This document shows positions 1-7,717 of a stretch of DNA of 33,043 bases, one piece after another (the stretch's first letter is position 1; each line of letters starts with the position of its first letter). This DNA is from a virus (Duplodnaviria > Caudoviricetes), in the IMG/VR virus record IMGVR_UViG_3300017778_007065, positions 1-33,043 of that record; one strand, written 5' to 3'. The notes under the pieces are model-generated. The model searched no databases and was not told where the DNA came from. It saw only the letters and a program-made list of their open reading frames with translations. A program made the translations under genes and the position numbers.

Positions 1-404
1 TTAGTAAGACGGAGTGATAGTTTATTGTATTCCTGACTCTTTACCTTCAACCAAGAAGGTAGGTTTTCATACATAAACTGTGTCTTAGTAACCAAATTCC
101 TAGCCGTACTCTGGGTAGTAGCTAGTGCTAGAATGTTTTTATCTTTATGAAATATCATCAACCATAGCGAATATCCTGATGCTAGGGTAGAAATTCCTAA
201 TTGCCGGGACTTTAGTACTGTGGTATATTGGTTGTCTTTGAATAAATTAAGTACCTTTTCTTGAAATGGATATAAAGCAAAAAGAATACGGCCCCTAGTA
301 GGGTGCTGTATATAACAGTATTTTTTCATAAAGTAAGCGGGATCTTGAGCACACTTTAGGTACTCAGCCTTAATCGCTTCTTTTATGCTAAACTCCTCAC
401 TCAT
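1..404 (-). CDS. terL: Terminase large subunit (T4 gp17-like), N-terminal ATPase part; runs off the window
   Basis: Not in ORF track. Manual translation from ATG at 404 (ATGA overlap with the upstream stop): MSEEFSIKEAIKAEYLKCAQDPAYFMKKYCYIQHPTRGRILFALYPFQEKVL...LKSRQLGIST. Contains the gp17-type C..DP.YF motif, adenine-binding LYPFQ and Walker A KSRQLGIST. Confidence 0.95.
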   Translation of the reverse strand, partial: MSEEFSIKEAIKAEYLKCAQDPAYFMKKYCYIQHPTRGRILFALYPFQEKVLNLFKDNQYTTVLKSRQLGISTLASGYSLWLMIFHKDKNILALATTQSTARNLVTKTQFMYENLPSWLKVKSQEYNKLSLRLT

Positions 405-820
405 AGTATAACCAGTGCCAAGACTATCCCCGCTCCTGTCCCAAGCCCGGTAAACAGTCCCTTCCAGTATTTGGTAGATTTTTCAGTCTTAAGTAATGCT
501 ATTTCTTTATCTTTTATTTCCAGCTGAGTTTTATTTTCTTTTACTATTTCGTAAAGCCCTTTTATAGAGCCGTCTTTTTTTACTATTTGCTCTTTTTGAA
601 TCTCGATTACATCTCGAAGGCCTTTAGCTTCTCTAATCCAACTTGCTAGCTCTATTTTACATAGGTCACCTAATTCAATATCAGCAATAACTCTCCTGAC
701 TATATTGTCAGGTAGGCAAACTAATGTATCTCCGTTAATTATTGTAACGCTTTGCGAAGTAGCTGGCAAGCTCAGTAGTAGAAAGCTTGTTAAGCTGAGC
801 CATTTTTTTATTGAATTCAT
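401..820 (-). CDS. Secreted coiled-coil protein with C-terminal membrane anchor; possible atypical spanin partner
   Basis: N-terminal signal peptide (LSLTSFLLLSLPATS|Q), central heptad coiled coil and C-terminal Gly-rich TM segment. Overlaps 735..1094 in another frame. Confidence 0.5.
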   Translation of the reverse strand: MNSIKKWLSLTSFLLLSLPATSQSVTIINGDTLVCLPDNIVRRVIADIELGDLCKIELASWIREAKGLRDVIEIQKEQIVKKDGSIKGLYEIVKENKTQLEIKDKEIALLKTEKSTKYWKGLFTGLGTGAGIVLALVIL

Positions 821-1094
821 CTTTTTCTTTTTTACGGGTTAGTTCTTCTAGTTCTAATGCCTTCAGAGTCGAGTCTGCTTTGTTTTGTAACTTTATAGCT
901 TCGTTTTCTAGCGAAAAAACGTAGTTTTTTAAAGAATCTTCTCTTGCTTCACTCTCTAGTCTTTGATTCTCTAACTCTTTTTTATATGCTTTTTTATAGG
1001 GATTGAATGATCCGCTCATAAACATAATTAAAACAAAGACAATAAGTCCCGGTATTGCGATCTTTACTGTCGTCGCTAGGTCAAGTTTATTCAT
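735..1094 (-). CDS. Inner-membrane-anchored coiled-coil protein (i-spanin/Rz-like)
   Basis: Single N-terminal TM (IAIPGLIVFVLIMFM) followed by a long charged coiled coil; overlapping downstream partner. Confidence 0.55.
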   Translation of the reverse strand: MNKLDLATTVKIAIPGLIVFVLIMFMSGSFNPYKKAYKKELENQRLESEAREDSLKNYVFSLENEAIKLQNKADSTLKALELEELTRKKEKDEFNKKMAQLNKLSTTELASYFAKRYNN

Positions 1095-1332
1095 GTTCTA
1101 CGTTTTTTCCATCTACTTGGGTAAGCTTAAAGATTTGCTTTCTAAATTTCTGTTGAGTAGGTTCGTGAATTACAAATACTGTAATTCCATCTCCGGCTAC
1201 GTTATCAATATAGTAAACCCTATCGTCATTTTTAAATTTTACTCTAGAACCTTTACCCAGGTTATATTTCTGAATAATTTTTCTAGCATCTTCTACGATA
1301 AGAAATTCAGCCATTAAATCTAATAAGTTCAT
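1087..1332 (-). CDS. Small SH3/KOW-like beta-barrel protein with acidic leader
   Basis: Start at ATG 1332 preferred (TATTTAT motif and A-run upstream). MNLLDLMAEFLIVE leader, then LGKGSRVKF..DRVYYI..V.GDG..VFV beta pattern. Confidence 0.55.
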   Translation of the reverse strand: MNLLDLMAEFLIVEDARKIIQKYNLGKGSRVKFKNDDRVYYIDNVAGDGITVFVIHEPTQQKFRKQIFKLTQVDGKNVEHE

Positions 1333-1340
1333 TTTTAATA

Positions 1341-1348
1341 ATAAATAG
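1341..1348 (-). promoter_or_regulatory. Putative late promoter CTATTTAT
   Basis: Recurrent motif, 8 nt upstream of ATG 1332, heading the spanin-like/terminase genes. Confidence 0.55.
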
Positions 1349-2446
1349 TTATATGGTGTTATAGTAAAGTTGCGATTCAAGGCCCTTTTCAGGATCCCAG
1401 ATTAGTGCTTCAGCTGATTTTTTAGCACTTATATATCCTTTGCTATGATGCCATGCATCTGTACCAGATAACGAGCTCATAATTCTAACTATGACTCCTT
1501 GGTATTCTTCGGTAGACTTATATTTTATCTCTCTCTTATGATGGAAATGCCCTAAGTGAAATTCTCTATAAAGAGTAGTAGCCCATTCCGACGGCACTTC
1601 TTGTGCCATAATAAGCGGAAGGTCATTCATTTTCTCCTTATCTCCATGAGTATATCCTAGAAGTACTTTACCGTACTTGTAGTATTTTCTAGGATTAGGG
1701 GAATTGTTAACGGTAACGTTTTCGTTATTAAAGAACCAACCTTCTAAAGAGTCTCCTAGAAAGAATGTTTTTTCGAAGTCGTGATTCCCTGGTATTATAA
1801 CTATATCTACTGGAGCTATTTGGGTTAGCTTTTGAACGTTTTCGATAATAAGCTGTCTTCCGGTTCTAAAGGTCTTCTGCCATCTAGTATCTTCTTCTTG
1901 CGGGGTACCGGCGGTGGTTGAGTTATAGGGATGAGATCTATCAGAATTAAAGAAATCGTTTCCTATAGGGATTACTACTCGTTCTATTTGATAGCCTTTT
2001 GATGCTTGAATAAAATGATCTATGCAATCACTAAACCTTTGAGTGGCTATCTTGAGATCGTAGTTAGCTCCCACTTCTTGCTCCCATGCAATCTTACCTA
2101 AGTGAAGATCGAAAATATTAACTTCTAGCAGTTTAGGTGATTCTACTAAGTCAGTGGAGTAGTTTATTTTTTTCGATGAAGGTGAGAGTAGCTTTAGATC
2201 TTCAATAAACTCCTCACGAACGGCTTGTAGATCTTTAATCTCCTTCCTACTCCTAAGCCAGACTTTGACCTGAAATAATGGAGTAGTTACTATTTTATCA
2301 TCCGGACCTTTAGCTCCTACCTCCCAGGTGTTGACTATCTGACGTTCTATTTCCCAATCCTCAAGAGAGATATTGTAGATAACTAGTAACTGGTCTACGG
2401 TTACTATTCTTCCTAGAACTTCAGACGAAATGACTTTTGTCTGCAT
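1349..2446 (-). CDS. Calcineurin-like metallophosphoesterase
   Basis: Motifs DLHLG, GNDFFN, GNHD, THGD and HLGHFHH. Confidence 0.9.
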   Translation of the reverse strand: MQTKVISSEVLGRIVTVDQLLVIYNISLEDWEIERQIVNTWEVGAKGPDDKIVTTPLFQVKVWLRSRKEIKDLQAVREEFIEDLKLLSPSSKKINYSTDLVESPKLLEVNIFDLHLGKIAWEQEVGANYDLKIATQRFSDCIDHFIQASKGYQIERVVIPIGNDFFNSDRSHPYNSTTAGTPQEEDTRWQKTFRTGRQLIIENVQKLTQIAPVDIVIIPGNHDFEKTFFLGDSLEGWFFNNENVTVNNSPNPRKYYKYGKVLLGYTHGDKEKMNDLPLIMAQEVPSEWATTLYREFHLGHFHHKREIKYKSTEEYQGVIVRIMSSLSGTDAWHHSKGYISAKKSAEALIWDPEKGLESQLYYNTI

Positions 2447-2465
2447 ACGGGTTTTTTATAATGAT

Positions 2466-2496
2466 ATAATATAACGTATATTTTTTAAACTACCAA
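2466..2496 (-). promoter_or_regulatory. Bacteroidota-type sigma70 promoter (TTG-N20-TATATTAT)
   Basis: Same exact 20-nt spacing as seven other sites; upstream of the phosphoesterase. Confidence 0.65.
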
Positions 2497-2499
2497 CTA

Positions 2500-3051
2500 C
2501 TAGGTGGTAGGAATAGCTGCTATTGCATCTTCTTCTTCGTCTTCAGCAGGTGTTTCTTCTTCATTTCCTGTTGGTATCTGAGTAGGAACGCCCACTCCTC
2601 CGGCTGTTACTCCTCCTGTAGGTCCTTCCCCTGGAGGGGTTATTTGCTGAGATTGATCAGCAGGTACTGGTCCATGTTTAAACAGATCGCCTAGAGTATC
2701 AAGGGCTTGATCTAGTTGAGCTCGGTTATTGAGCTCATACCTTACTCCTTCTATTTGAGCTTGAAAGTAATCCCCCATCCACTTTAGAAAAAATGTTTGA
2801 TCGTTATTTAAAATAACCCTAAACATAGTAGGCTTAGGGGCTACGTAATCTATAGTTTTTATAAAGGTCTTAAAGTCATTTGTCATGAGCTTCTCAAGAG
2901 TTCTTTCTAATTCTGGGAACTTAGCTGTTAGCTCTTCTTCAGCTTCAGGTAGCATAGCACCGTCCATTTCAGTACCTGGGATCTCTTCAGCTCCAAACTC
3001 ACCTAAAGTCTGAGTTACTAAGCTCTTTAGTTTACTTAGTTTTATTTTCAT
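2500..3051 (-). CDS. Hypothetical protein with leader and acidic/Pro-Gly tail; putative prohead/internal protein
   Basis: MKIKLSKLKSLVTQTLGE leader, globular core (YVAPKPTMFRVIL.NDQTFFL) and low-complexity C-terminus. Confidence 0.7.
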   Translation of the reverse strand: MKIKLSKLKSLVTQTLGEFGAEEIPGTEMDGAMLPEAEEELTAKFPELERTLEKLMTNDFKTFIKTIDYVAPKPTMFRVILNNDQTFFLKWMGDYFQAQIEGVRYELNNRAQLDQALDTLGDLFKHGPVPADQSQQITPPGEGPTGGVTAGGVGVPTQIPTGNEEETPAEDEEEDAIAAIPTT

Positions 3052-3283
3052 CTTGTGAGGTTAATTCGTTTTGTAAGATTCTCATAAAGTCGCTTGCTTG
3101 ATCCTTTGTAAAGCCCGGTGATTCAGGGGTACCGGGTGAGAGGAATTTAGCTAGAGCTTTAGCAAGTTGAGGATAGTTAGGGTTGATACCTACCAAGGCA
3201 TTATAAATCTTATCTACTTGAGGGCTTTCGATTTTTTCCCTTATAGTAAGTTCAATAAGTTCAAGTAGTTTCGATCTTTTCAT
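3032..3283 (-). CDS. Small hypothetical protein with leader
   Basis: MKRSKLLELIELTIRE leader; TAATG coupling to the upstream gene. Confidence 0.7.
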   Translation of the reverse strand: MKRSKLLELIELTIREKIESPQVDKIYNALVGINPNYPQLAKALAKFLSPGTPESPGFTKDQASDFMRILQNELTSQDENKTK

Positions 3284-4782
3284 TATTTTCTGTTTTTACA
3301 GTGCCTAGGATTGCTTTCACTTAAGTAAGGCTTTGGGCATGAAGTACCCTTTACATGCTTACGTCCACATCTCATACAGCAAGTTGACTTATTCTCATAT
3401 ATACCAGGGTTATCTTGATAATTTTCAATATCGTCGAACATTTCTTGTGAGTCTCCAAAATCGTTAAGATTATCTTGAACTAGCTCTATATCGTTTACTC
3501 CGAAATCCATAAGAAGGTCTTCGGCTGTCTGAATATCGGGAGTATAGAAGGTGTCGGGATCGTTGAACTCGATATTTGCTTTAGGGTAGCTTGTATTAAC
3601 AAGCATTACAGCTTTTTTATAGTCTCTAGGATTTACTTTAATATAATACTGTCCTGAAGGAGCTTCGTTCATACCCTGCTTGTGTTGTGCTACCTTTTCT
3701 TTCAACTTTGCTCTAGTATCTTCAATCCAATTCTCTAAAAAAGCAATCTGCTTTAGGTCTTTACCTTCTCCCTCACGCTTCTCGTAAGTAAGAGTCTGGT
3801 TCAGTTGAATAAGAAATGCTTCCAGATTGATGATTTCATTACCAAGACCTTCTTTCATAGTTGTGGGTTTGTGCATATTATCACGGAAGGTTTTCATCTT
3901 CTTTCCGGTAACAGTATTCTGTACTATGTAATGGTCTCCTTGAATAGCAAGTACTTTATGATCAAATCCTTGAACTGAATTTCCTACTAGATCTCCTACT
4001 TCTGGAGCTAGTGTGTTAGGTTTGTATTCTGGGCTTACTTCTCCTAAAAATTCTTCTCCTTCTAGGTAATGGAATACTGAAGATAGGTAGTCCGATGCTT
4101 TCGTAAGTTTTGCTTGCACCCATCCCTCTAGTTGAGTTTGGTTATCAAGCATATTGAAAAGCTTTATGGCATACTTAGATATCTTTAGCAGATCACTCTT
4201 AGCCATCTTTCCCTCTTCATCGGTATAGTCGAAGTGCTTTAACTCAAGCTCTGCTAATTTTACATCAACCCCCATATTGGTTAACCTTTTGATATCAGCC
4301 GGGTTGGAAGCTTTAGGAAGCTGAACAGCTCCTTTGACTTGCCCTGCCGCTCCCATGGGTTGTTCGGAGATTGCTCTTTTAACAAGCTCTTTGAGTTGTG
4401 ATTTTTTAATCTTTTTTCCTTTCATCGCTTTTTTTATTGCTTGGTCTTTTGTTAGGAGATAATCGTCGGAATCGATATCACCATCGTCATCCATATCTGT
4501 ACCTTTTTTTTCTTCTAACTCAAAATCGGCTTCCATATCATCCATATACTCACCTACGTTAGAATCACTTAGTTCTACATGACCGTCGGCAAGTCTTTGC
4601 AAGAAGGTAATCATCATATTCAGATCATCGCTTACATACCTATGGCTTGCTTCCTTATCAATATAAAGCTGGAGTTGTGCTTCTTGGTTAAAAACCTGAG
4701 CTGCTCTATTACGGTCTTGAGCCGTTACCTCGATATAGTACTTAGGATTATCTCCTAATTGAGTGTTTTCTAGATTATTCAT
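3283..4782 (-). CDS. Modular polyprotein-like putative head/core protein
   Basis: Duplicated YYI.V domain, EF-hand-like DMDDDGDIDSDD, internal leader KKSQLKELVKRAISE, helical EGKMAKSDL...WVQAKLTKASDYL module, SH3-like module and C-terminal CCMRC..H..C..HC. Confidence 0.75.
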   Translation of the reverse strand: MNNLENTQLGDNPKYYIEVTAQDRNRAAQVFNQEAQLQLYIDKEASHRYVSDDLNMMITFLQRLADGHVELSDSNVGEYMDDMEADFELEEKKGTDMDDDGDIDSDDYLLTKDQAIKKAMKGKKIKKSQLKELVKRAISEQPMGAAGQVKGAVQLPKASNPADIKRLTNMGVDVKLAELELKHFDYTDEEGKMAKSDLLKISKYAIKLFNMLDNQTQLEGWVQAKLTKASDYLSSVFHYLEGEEFLGEVSPEYKPNTLAPEVGDLVGNSVQGFDHKVLAIQGDHYIVQNTVTGKKMKTFRDNMHKPTTMKEGLGNEIINLEAFLIQLNQTLTYEKREGEGKDLKQIAFLENWIEDTRAKLKEKVAQHKQGMNEAPSGQYYIKVNPRDYKKAVMLVNTSYPKANIEFNDPDTFYTPDIQTAEDLLMDFGVNDIELVQDNLNDFGDSQEMFDDIENYQDNPGIYENKSTCCMRCGRKHVKGTSCPKPYLSESNPRHCKNRK

Positions 4783-4783
4783 A

Positions 4784-5005
4784 TTAGGTATACAATAATA
4801 CGGATCCTGTTATTCTAATATCACGAATAAGAACGTCTAATGTAGTCCCTGCAGGAATACCTTGTATAGGTCCTTGAGGTCCGCCTTCTCCGAAAGTAAT
4901 ATTACCTATATTAGTTGTACTCATAACCGTAAGTCCGGTGAAGCTACCGGTTATCGCTGTACTTCCTGTTAAAAAGAGTCCTCCTGAGTTAGCTACTTTT
5001 GCCAT
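4784..5005 (-). CDS. Small beta-rich virion-type protein (possible decoration protein)
   Basis: 73 aa, Gly/Thr-rich, three TGS motifs, own TATTTAT motif upstream. Confidence 0.55.
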   Translation of the reverse strand: MAKVANSGGLFLTGSTAITGSFTGLTVMSTTNIGNITFGEGGPQGPIQGIPAGTTLDVLIRDIRITGSVLLYT

Positions 5006-5022
5006 TTTTTATAATGTTTATA

Positions 5023-5030
5023 ATAAATAG
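5023..5030 (-). promoter_or_regulatory. Putative late promoter CTATTTAT
   Basis: Recurrent motif in the intergenic gap upstream of ATG 5005. Confidence 0.6.
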
Positions 5031-5031
5031 A

Positions 5032-5541
5032 TCACTGGCAGTGATAGTTAAGGTACCTCTGAAGTGCCTTAGCATATGTAGTTCCTTTGTCTTTTAACTT
5101 GCTTTTTTCCGCTCTTACCTTACTGCAAGAAAGCTTCCCTAATCTCTTTTTAAGGATGCCTGGGTTCATAGGTTTATGGTCATTTTCAGCAACAGTATTT
5201 CTGCTTTGAAAATAAGTGCCGTAAAAATAATCTAAAGCTTTTTTTCTCTCTCCATCTAGCTTAGCCGATAGCTCGGAATAGCGGTGAGGTATTTTTTTTA
5301 AAAGATCGAATAAATCAGCATGCATTGCCCAATATCTAACTTCGTCATCCTTAATTTCACTTATGGATTCATCTCTATTAGCTTCAATAGCTCTTAACTG
5401 AGCTAAAGCTTTTTCTTTAGAAGGATGAGTTCCTAGTCTATCACCTCCCTTTTTTGGGTATACAACATACTTGCCATCTACCTTCTTAATGGTTTCCGAG
5501 ATTATCTCATCTATTAGTAAGGAAAGCTCGCTTATAGTCAT
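5032..5541 (-). CDS. Modular basic protein with leader
   Basis: MTISELSLLIDEIISE leader; basic module IKKVDGKYVVYPKKGGDRLGTHPSK; ISE and VAE linkers; basic C-terminal module ending YLNYHCQ. Confidence 0.75.
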   Translation of the reverse strand: MTISELSLLIDEIISETIKKVDGKYVVYPKKGGDRLGTHPSKEKALAQLRAIEANRDESISEIKDDEVRYWAMHADLFDLLKKIPHRYSELSAKLDGERKKALDYFYGTYFQSRNTVAENDHKPMNPGILKKRLGKLSCSKVRAEKSKLKDKGTTYAKALQRYLNYHCQ

Positions 5542-6194
5542 ATTCTGTTATAGTATCTAAAGGCTTTATGAAATCCAAATAAGCTAGCTTTATAATTGCT
5601 TAATTCAATTGAGTCACTACTCTTTAAGTAAATAGTACTTTTTAGCTTCTCGATAACCTCTTCCCATTCATATTCAGGAAGGTTATTTTCTAACCTTTCT
5701 TTATTTGTCATAAAAAGATCGTATTCCTCGATACCGTAGTCATGTTCTAAATGTAAAACCTCAATTACTTTTTCTCCTTTGATATAATCAATACAAACAT
5801 CGTACCCTACTTTCCCCTTTAAATTTAAAAGCTTGGCCAGTTCGTTCCTTTGCGGAATAAACTTCTTTATCTGCTCCCTAGCTCTTCCTTCGAATGGATA
5901 TATTCCATACAGTCCTGAATGATCGACATATAGATTATCGGATATTTTACTGTTGAGAATCCATTTACTAAAAACGGTATCCCAGGAGCTTTTATAGCTA
6001 TCTTTTGAAAATAAGAGTTTAGTATTTAAATCAATACCATTAGCCTTATAATAGGCTTGCTCTAAAGTTGTAAGGTCAAACCCTACTCGATCTACATTTT
6101 CAATATCAACTAAAAGTAAAAGCTCTTCGTTTGTAAGAGGAGCTTCAATTTTTATATCTTTTAAAACTTTAAAATCACTGTACTCAAATACCAT
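5538..6194 (-). CDS. Hypothetical protein
   Basis: 218-aa ORF coupled to neighbours by overlaps; no motif confidently recognised. Confidence 0.7.
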   Translation of the reverse strand: MVFEYSDFKVLKDIKIEAPLTNEELLLLVDIENVDRVGFDLTTLEQAYYKANGIDLNTKLLFSKDSYKSSWDTVFSKWILNSKISDNLYVDHSGLYGIYPFEGRAREQIKKFIPQRNELAKLLNLKGKVGYDVCIDYIKGEKVIEVLHLEHDYGIEEYDLFMTNKERLENNLPEYEWEEVIEKLKSTIYLKSSDSIELSNYKASLFGFHKAFRYYNRI

Positions 6195-6525
6195 GGCTTA
6201 TATCAGAGTTCAATTTATCTAAAACGTTATCTGGTATAATGGTAAGGTCTTCGGGAAATGACTGCAAAGTAAAAGGTTTAAATTCTCCATCTAATGATCT
6301 CCCTACTATAGCGGTTGAGAAGTGCCCTCCTGTAAACCTGTAAACTACTTCAAATATGGTTCCTTCTAGCTTTTTAGTATGGTAGGCATAAAGCTTAGCT
6401 TGATCTATAATTAAATCAAGTTCTCCTAAATCTAAAAGATCAGCATATGCTAAATGCTCATTGACTTCGGTAAATTTGTAGTTAGTTCCGAAATGATTAT
6501 TGAAGGTTTCAAGGCAAGTTTTCAT
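6184..6525 (-). CDS. Hypothetical protein
   Basis: 113-aa ORF, TAATG coupling; no recognised motif. Confidence 0.65.
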   Translation of the reverse strand: MKTCLETFNNHFGTNYKFTEVNEHLAYADLLDLGELDLIIDQAKLYAYHTKKLEGTIFEVVYRFTGGHFSTAIVGRSLDGEFKPFTLQSFPEDLTIIPDNVLDKLNSDISHGI

Positions 6526-6938
6526 TATTCTTTATCTTTAATAGGACCGCCTGTTACCCAAGCATCGCAAGTTCTAGAAGCTGCGCATTTAAACTTTAGA
6601 AATCTACAGTAACCCAACTCACCGGCATTAATTACATCGTAAGGATCTTCCGAACCCATGTCCGATCCGATACCCTTTGCAATACAGTCTAGAGTCTTAG
6701 TCGTAATATCAAAAGCGGCACAAGTACCGCATACCATTTTTTTTAGCTCTTCAGCAGTATCGACCTGCCACATATCCATCTTCTTCTTCCAGAACTTTTC
6801 GTTCTTTTGGGAGGGGTCAGCAGGGCCGTATCCGTATTCGTCAATAGCTTTTTGGCGATTCTCAAGATTGAGATCGATGTCTTGTGTTGCGGGAGGGCAT
6901 TTAACCTCTGCTTCGCTGATAAGTTGGGAGAGTTTCAT
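6525..6938 (-). CDS. Cys-rich putative metal/Fe-S-binding protein with leader
   Basis: MKLSQLISE leader; CGTCAAF...C...GYC...KC...CDAW. Confidence 0.7.
   Translation of the reverse strand: MKLSQLISEAEVKCPPATQDIDLNLENRQKAIDEYGYGPADPSQKNEKFWKKKMDMWQVDTAEELKKMVCGTCAAFDITTKTLDCIAKGIGSDMGSEDPYDVINAGELGYCRFLKFKCAASRTCDAWVTGGPIKDKE
6831..6872. repeat. 42-bp perfect direct repeat, copy 1
   Basis: tccgtattcgtcaatagctttttggcgattctcaagattgag; encodes LNLENRQKAIDEYG in gene 6525..6938. Confidence 0.97.
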
Positions 6939-6944
6939 AATTAA

Positions 6945-7370
6945 TTATAAATTTACAATCCATAAAGATGGGTCAATTCCTATGTCAACTCCGTATTCGT
7001 CAATAGCTTTTTGGCGATTCTCAAGATTGAGTAAACCAGATAAACGGGTGTTGCCTGCTACTAGGTCATAATCTTGATCACTAAATTTAACCGCAATCGG
7101 TAATTCTATTTCTCCTGTTTCAATTGCAGACATAAACCTATCTTTTTTTGGTTTTTCTAATGTTTTAAAATCTAAATCAACATTACCTAAAACATCCTTG
7201 ATCTTAGAATATTTAACTATAAATCCTCTTTGAGCAATTTTAATCCAACCTTCTTTACCCATTGCTTTAAATTCAGGATATCTTTTAGCTTCTTCCCATT
7301 CAAAAGCAAAATTAGGTTCTTTAAATTGGATTGCTTTTTCCTCTTCTAAGAGAAGGTGTATTAGTTTCAT
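6945..7370 (-). CDS. ParB/Sulfiredoxin-like N-terminal domain protein with leader
   Basis: MKLIHLLLEE leader; IELPIAVK...YDLVAGNTRL matches the ParB/Srx PI.V...GxxR signature. Confidence 0.7.
   Translation of the reverse strand: MKLIHLLLEEEKAIQFKEPNFAFEWEEAKRYPEFKAMGKEGWIKIAQRGFIVKYSKIKDVLGNVDLDFKTLEKPKKDRFMSAIETGEIELPIAVKFSDQDYDLVAGNTRLSGLLNLENRQKAIDEYGVDIGIDPSLWIVNL
6990..7031. repeat. 42-bp perfect direct repeat, copy 2
   Basis: Identical to 6831..6872, in frame within gene 6945..7370; flanking bases differ on both sides. Confidence 0.97.
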
Positions 7371-7378
7371 AATACTTC

Positions 7379-7714
7379 TTATTTTTTCTCTCTAATCAGC
7401 AGCTCCCCTAACACCTCTAGCCGGCCTACCTCTCTTTGAAATTCAATAGCGGTCATACCTAATGATATACTTTTTAAGGTACTTTCAAATTCTTTTTTAG
7501 CAGACTCTTCGTCGAACTTACCGGCGGTTGCCTTTTTGTAGTACGGAGCCTTGACCTTAAAGTGATGCCAAGTTAAAAGAGCTAGTCCGCCCTTCTCTTC
7601 GGCATTAGATGCTATCTTAGCAGCACCAGCTGCACGGGTAGTGGCAAATTCCTCGAAAGTTTCTTTTGCTTTAGTCGGATTAGTTTTTTCTAATAGAATT
7701 TTTGCTAATTTCAT
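7379..7714 (-). CDS. Helical hypothetical protein with leader
   Basis: MKLAKILLE leader; TWHHFKVK motif. Confidence 0.7.
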   Translation of the reverse strand: MKLAKILLEKTNPTKAKETFEEFATTRAAGAAKIASNAEEKGGLALLTWHHFKVKAPYYKKATAGKFDEESAKKEFESTLKSISLGMTAIEFQREVGRLEVLGELLIREKK

Positions 7715-7717
7715 TTT

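Noticed and set aside
6831-7031. 42-bp repeat as a DGR template/variable pair or CRISPR repeat
   Set aside because: No adenine-specific mismatches, no reverse transcriptase, only two copies, both coding, and no cas genes.
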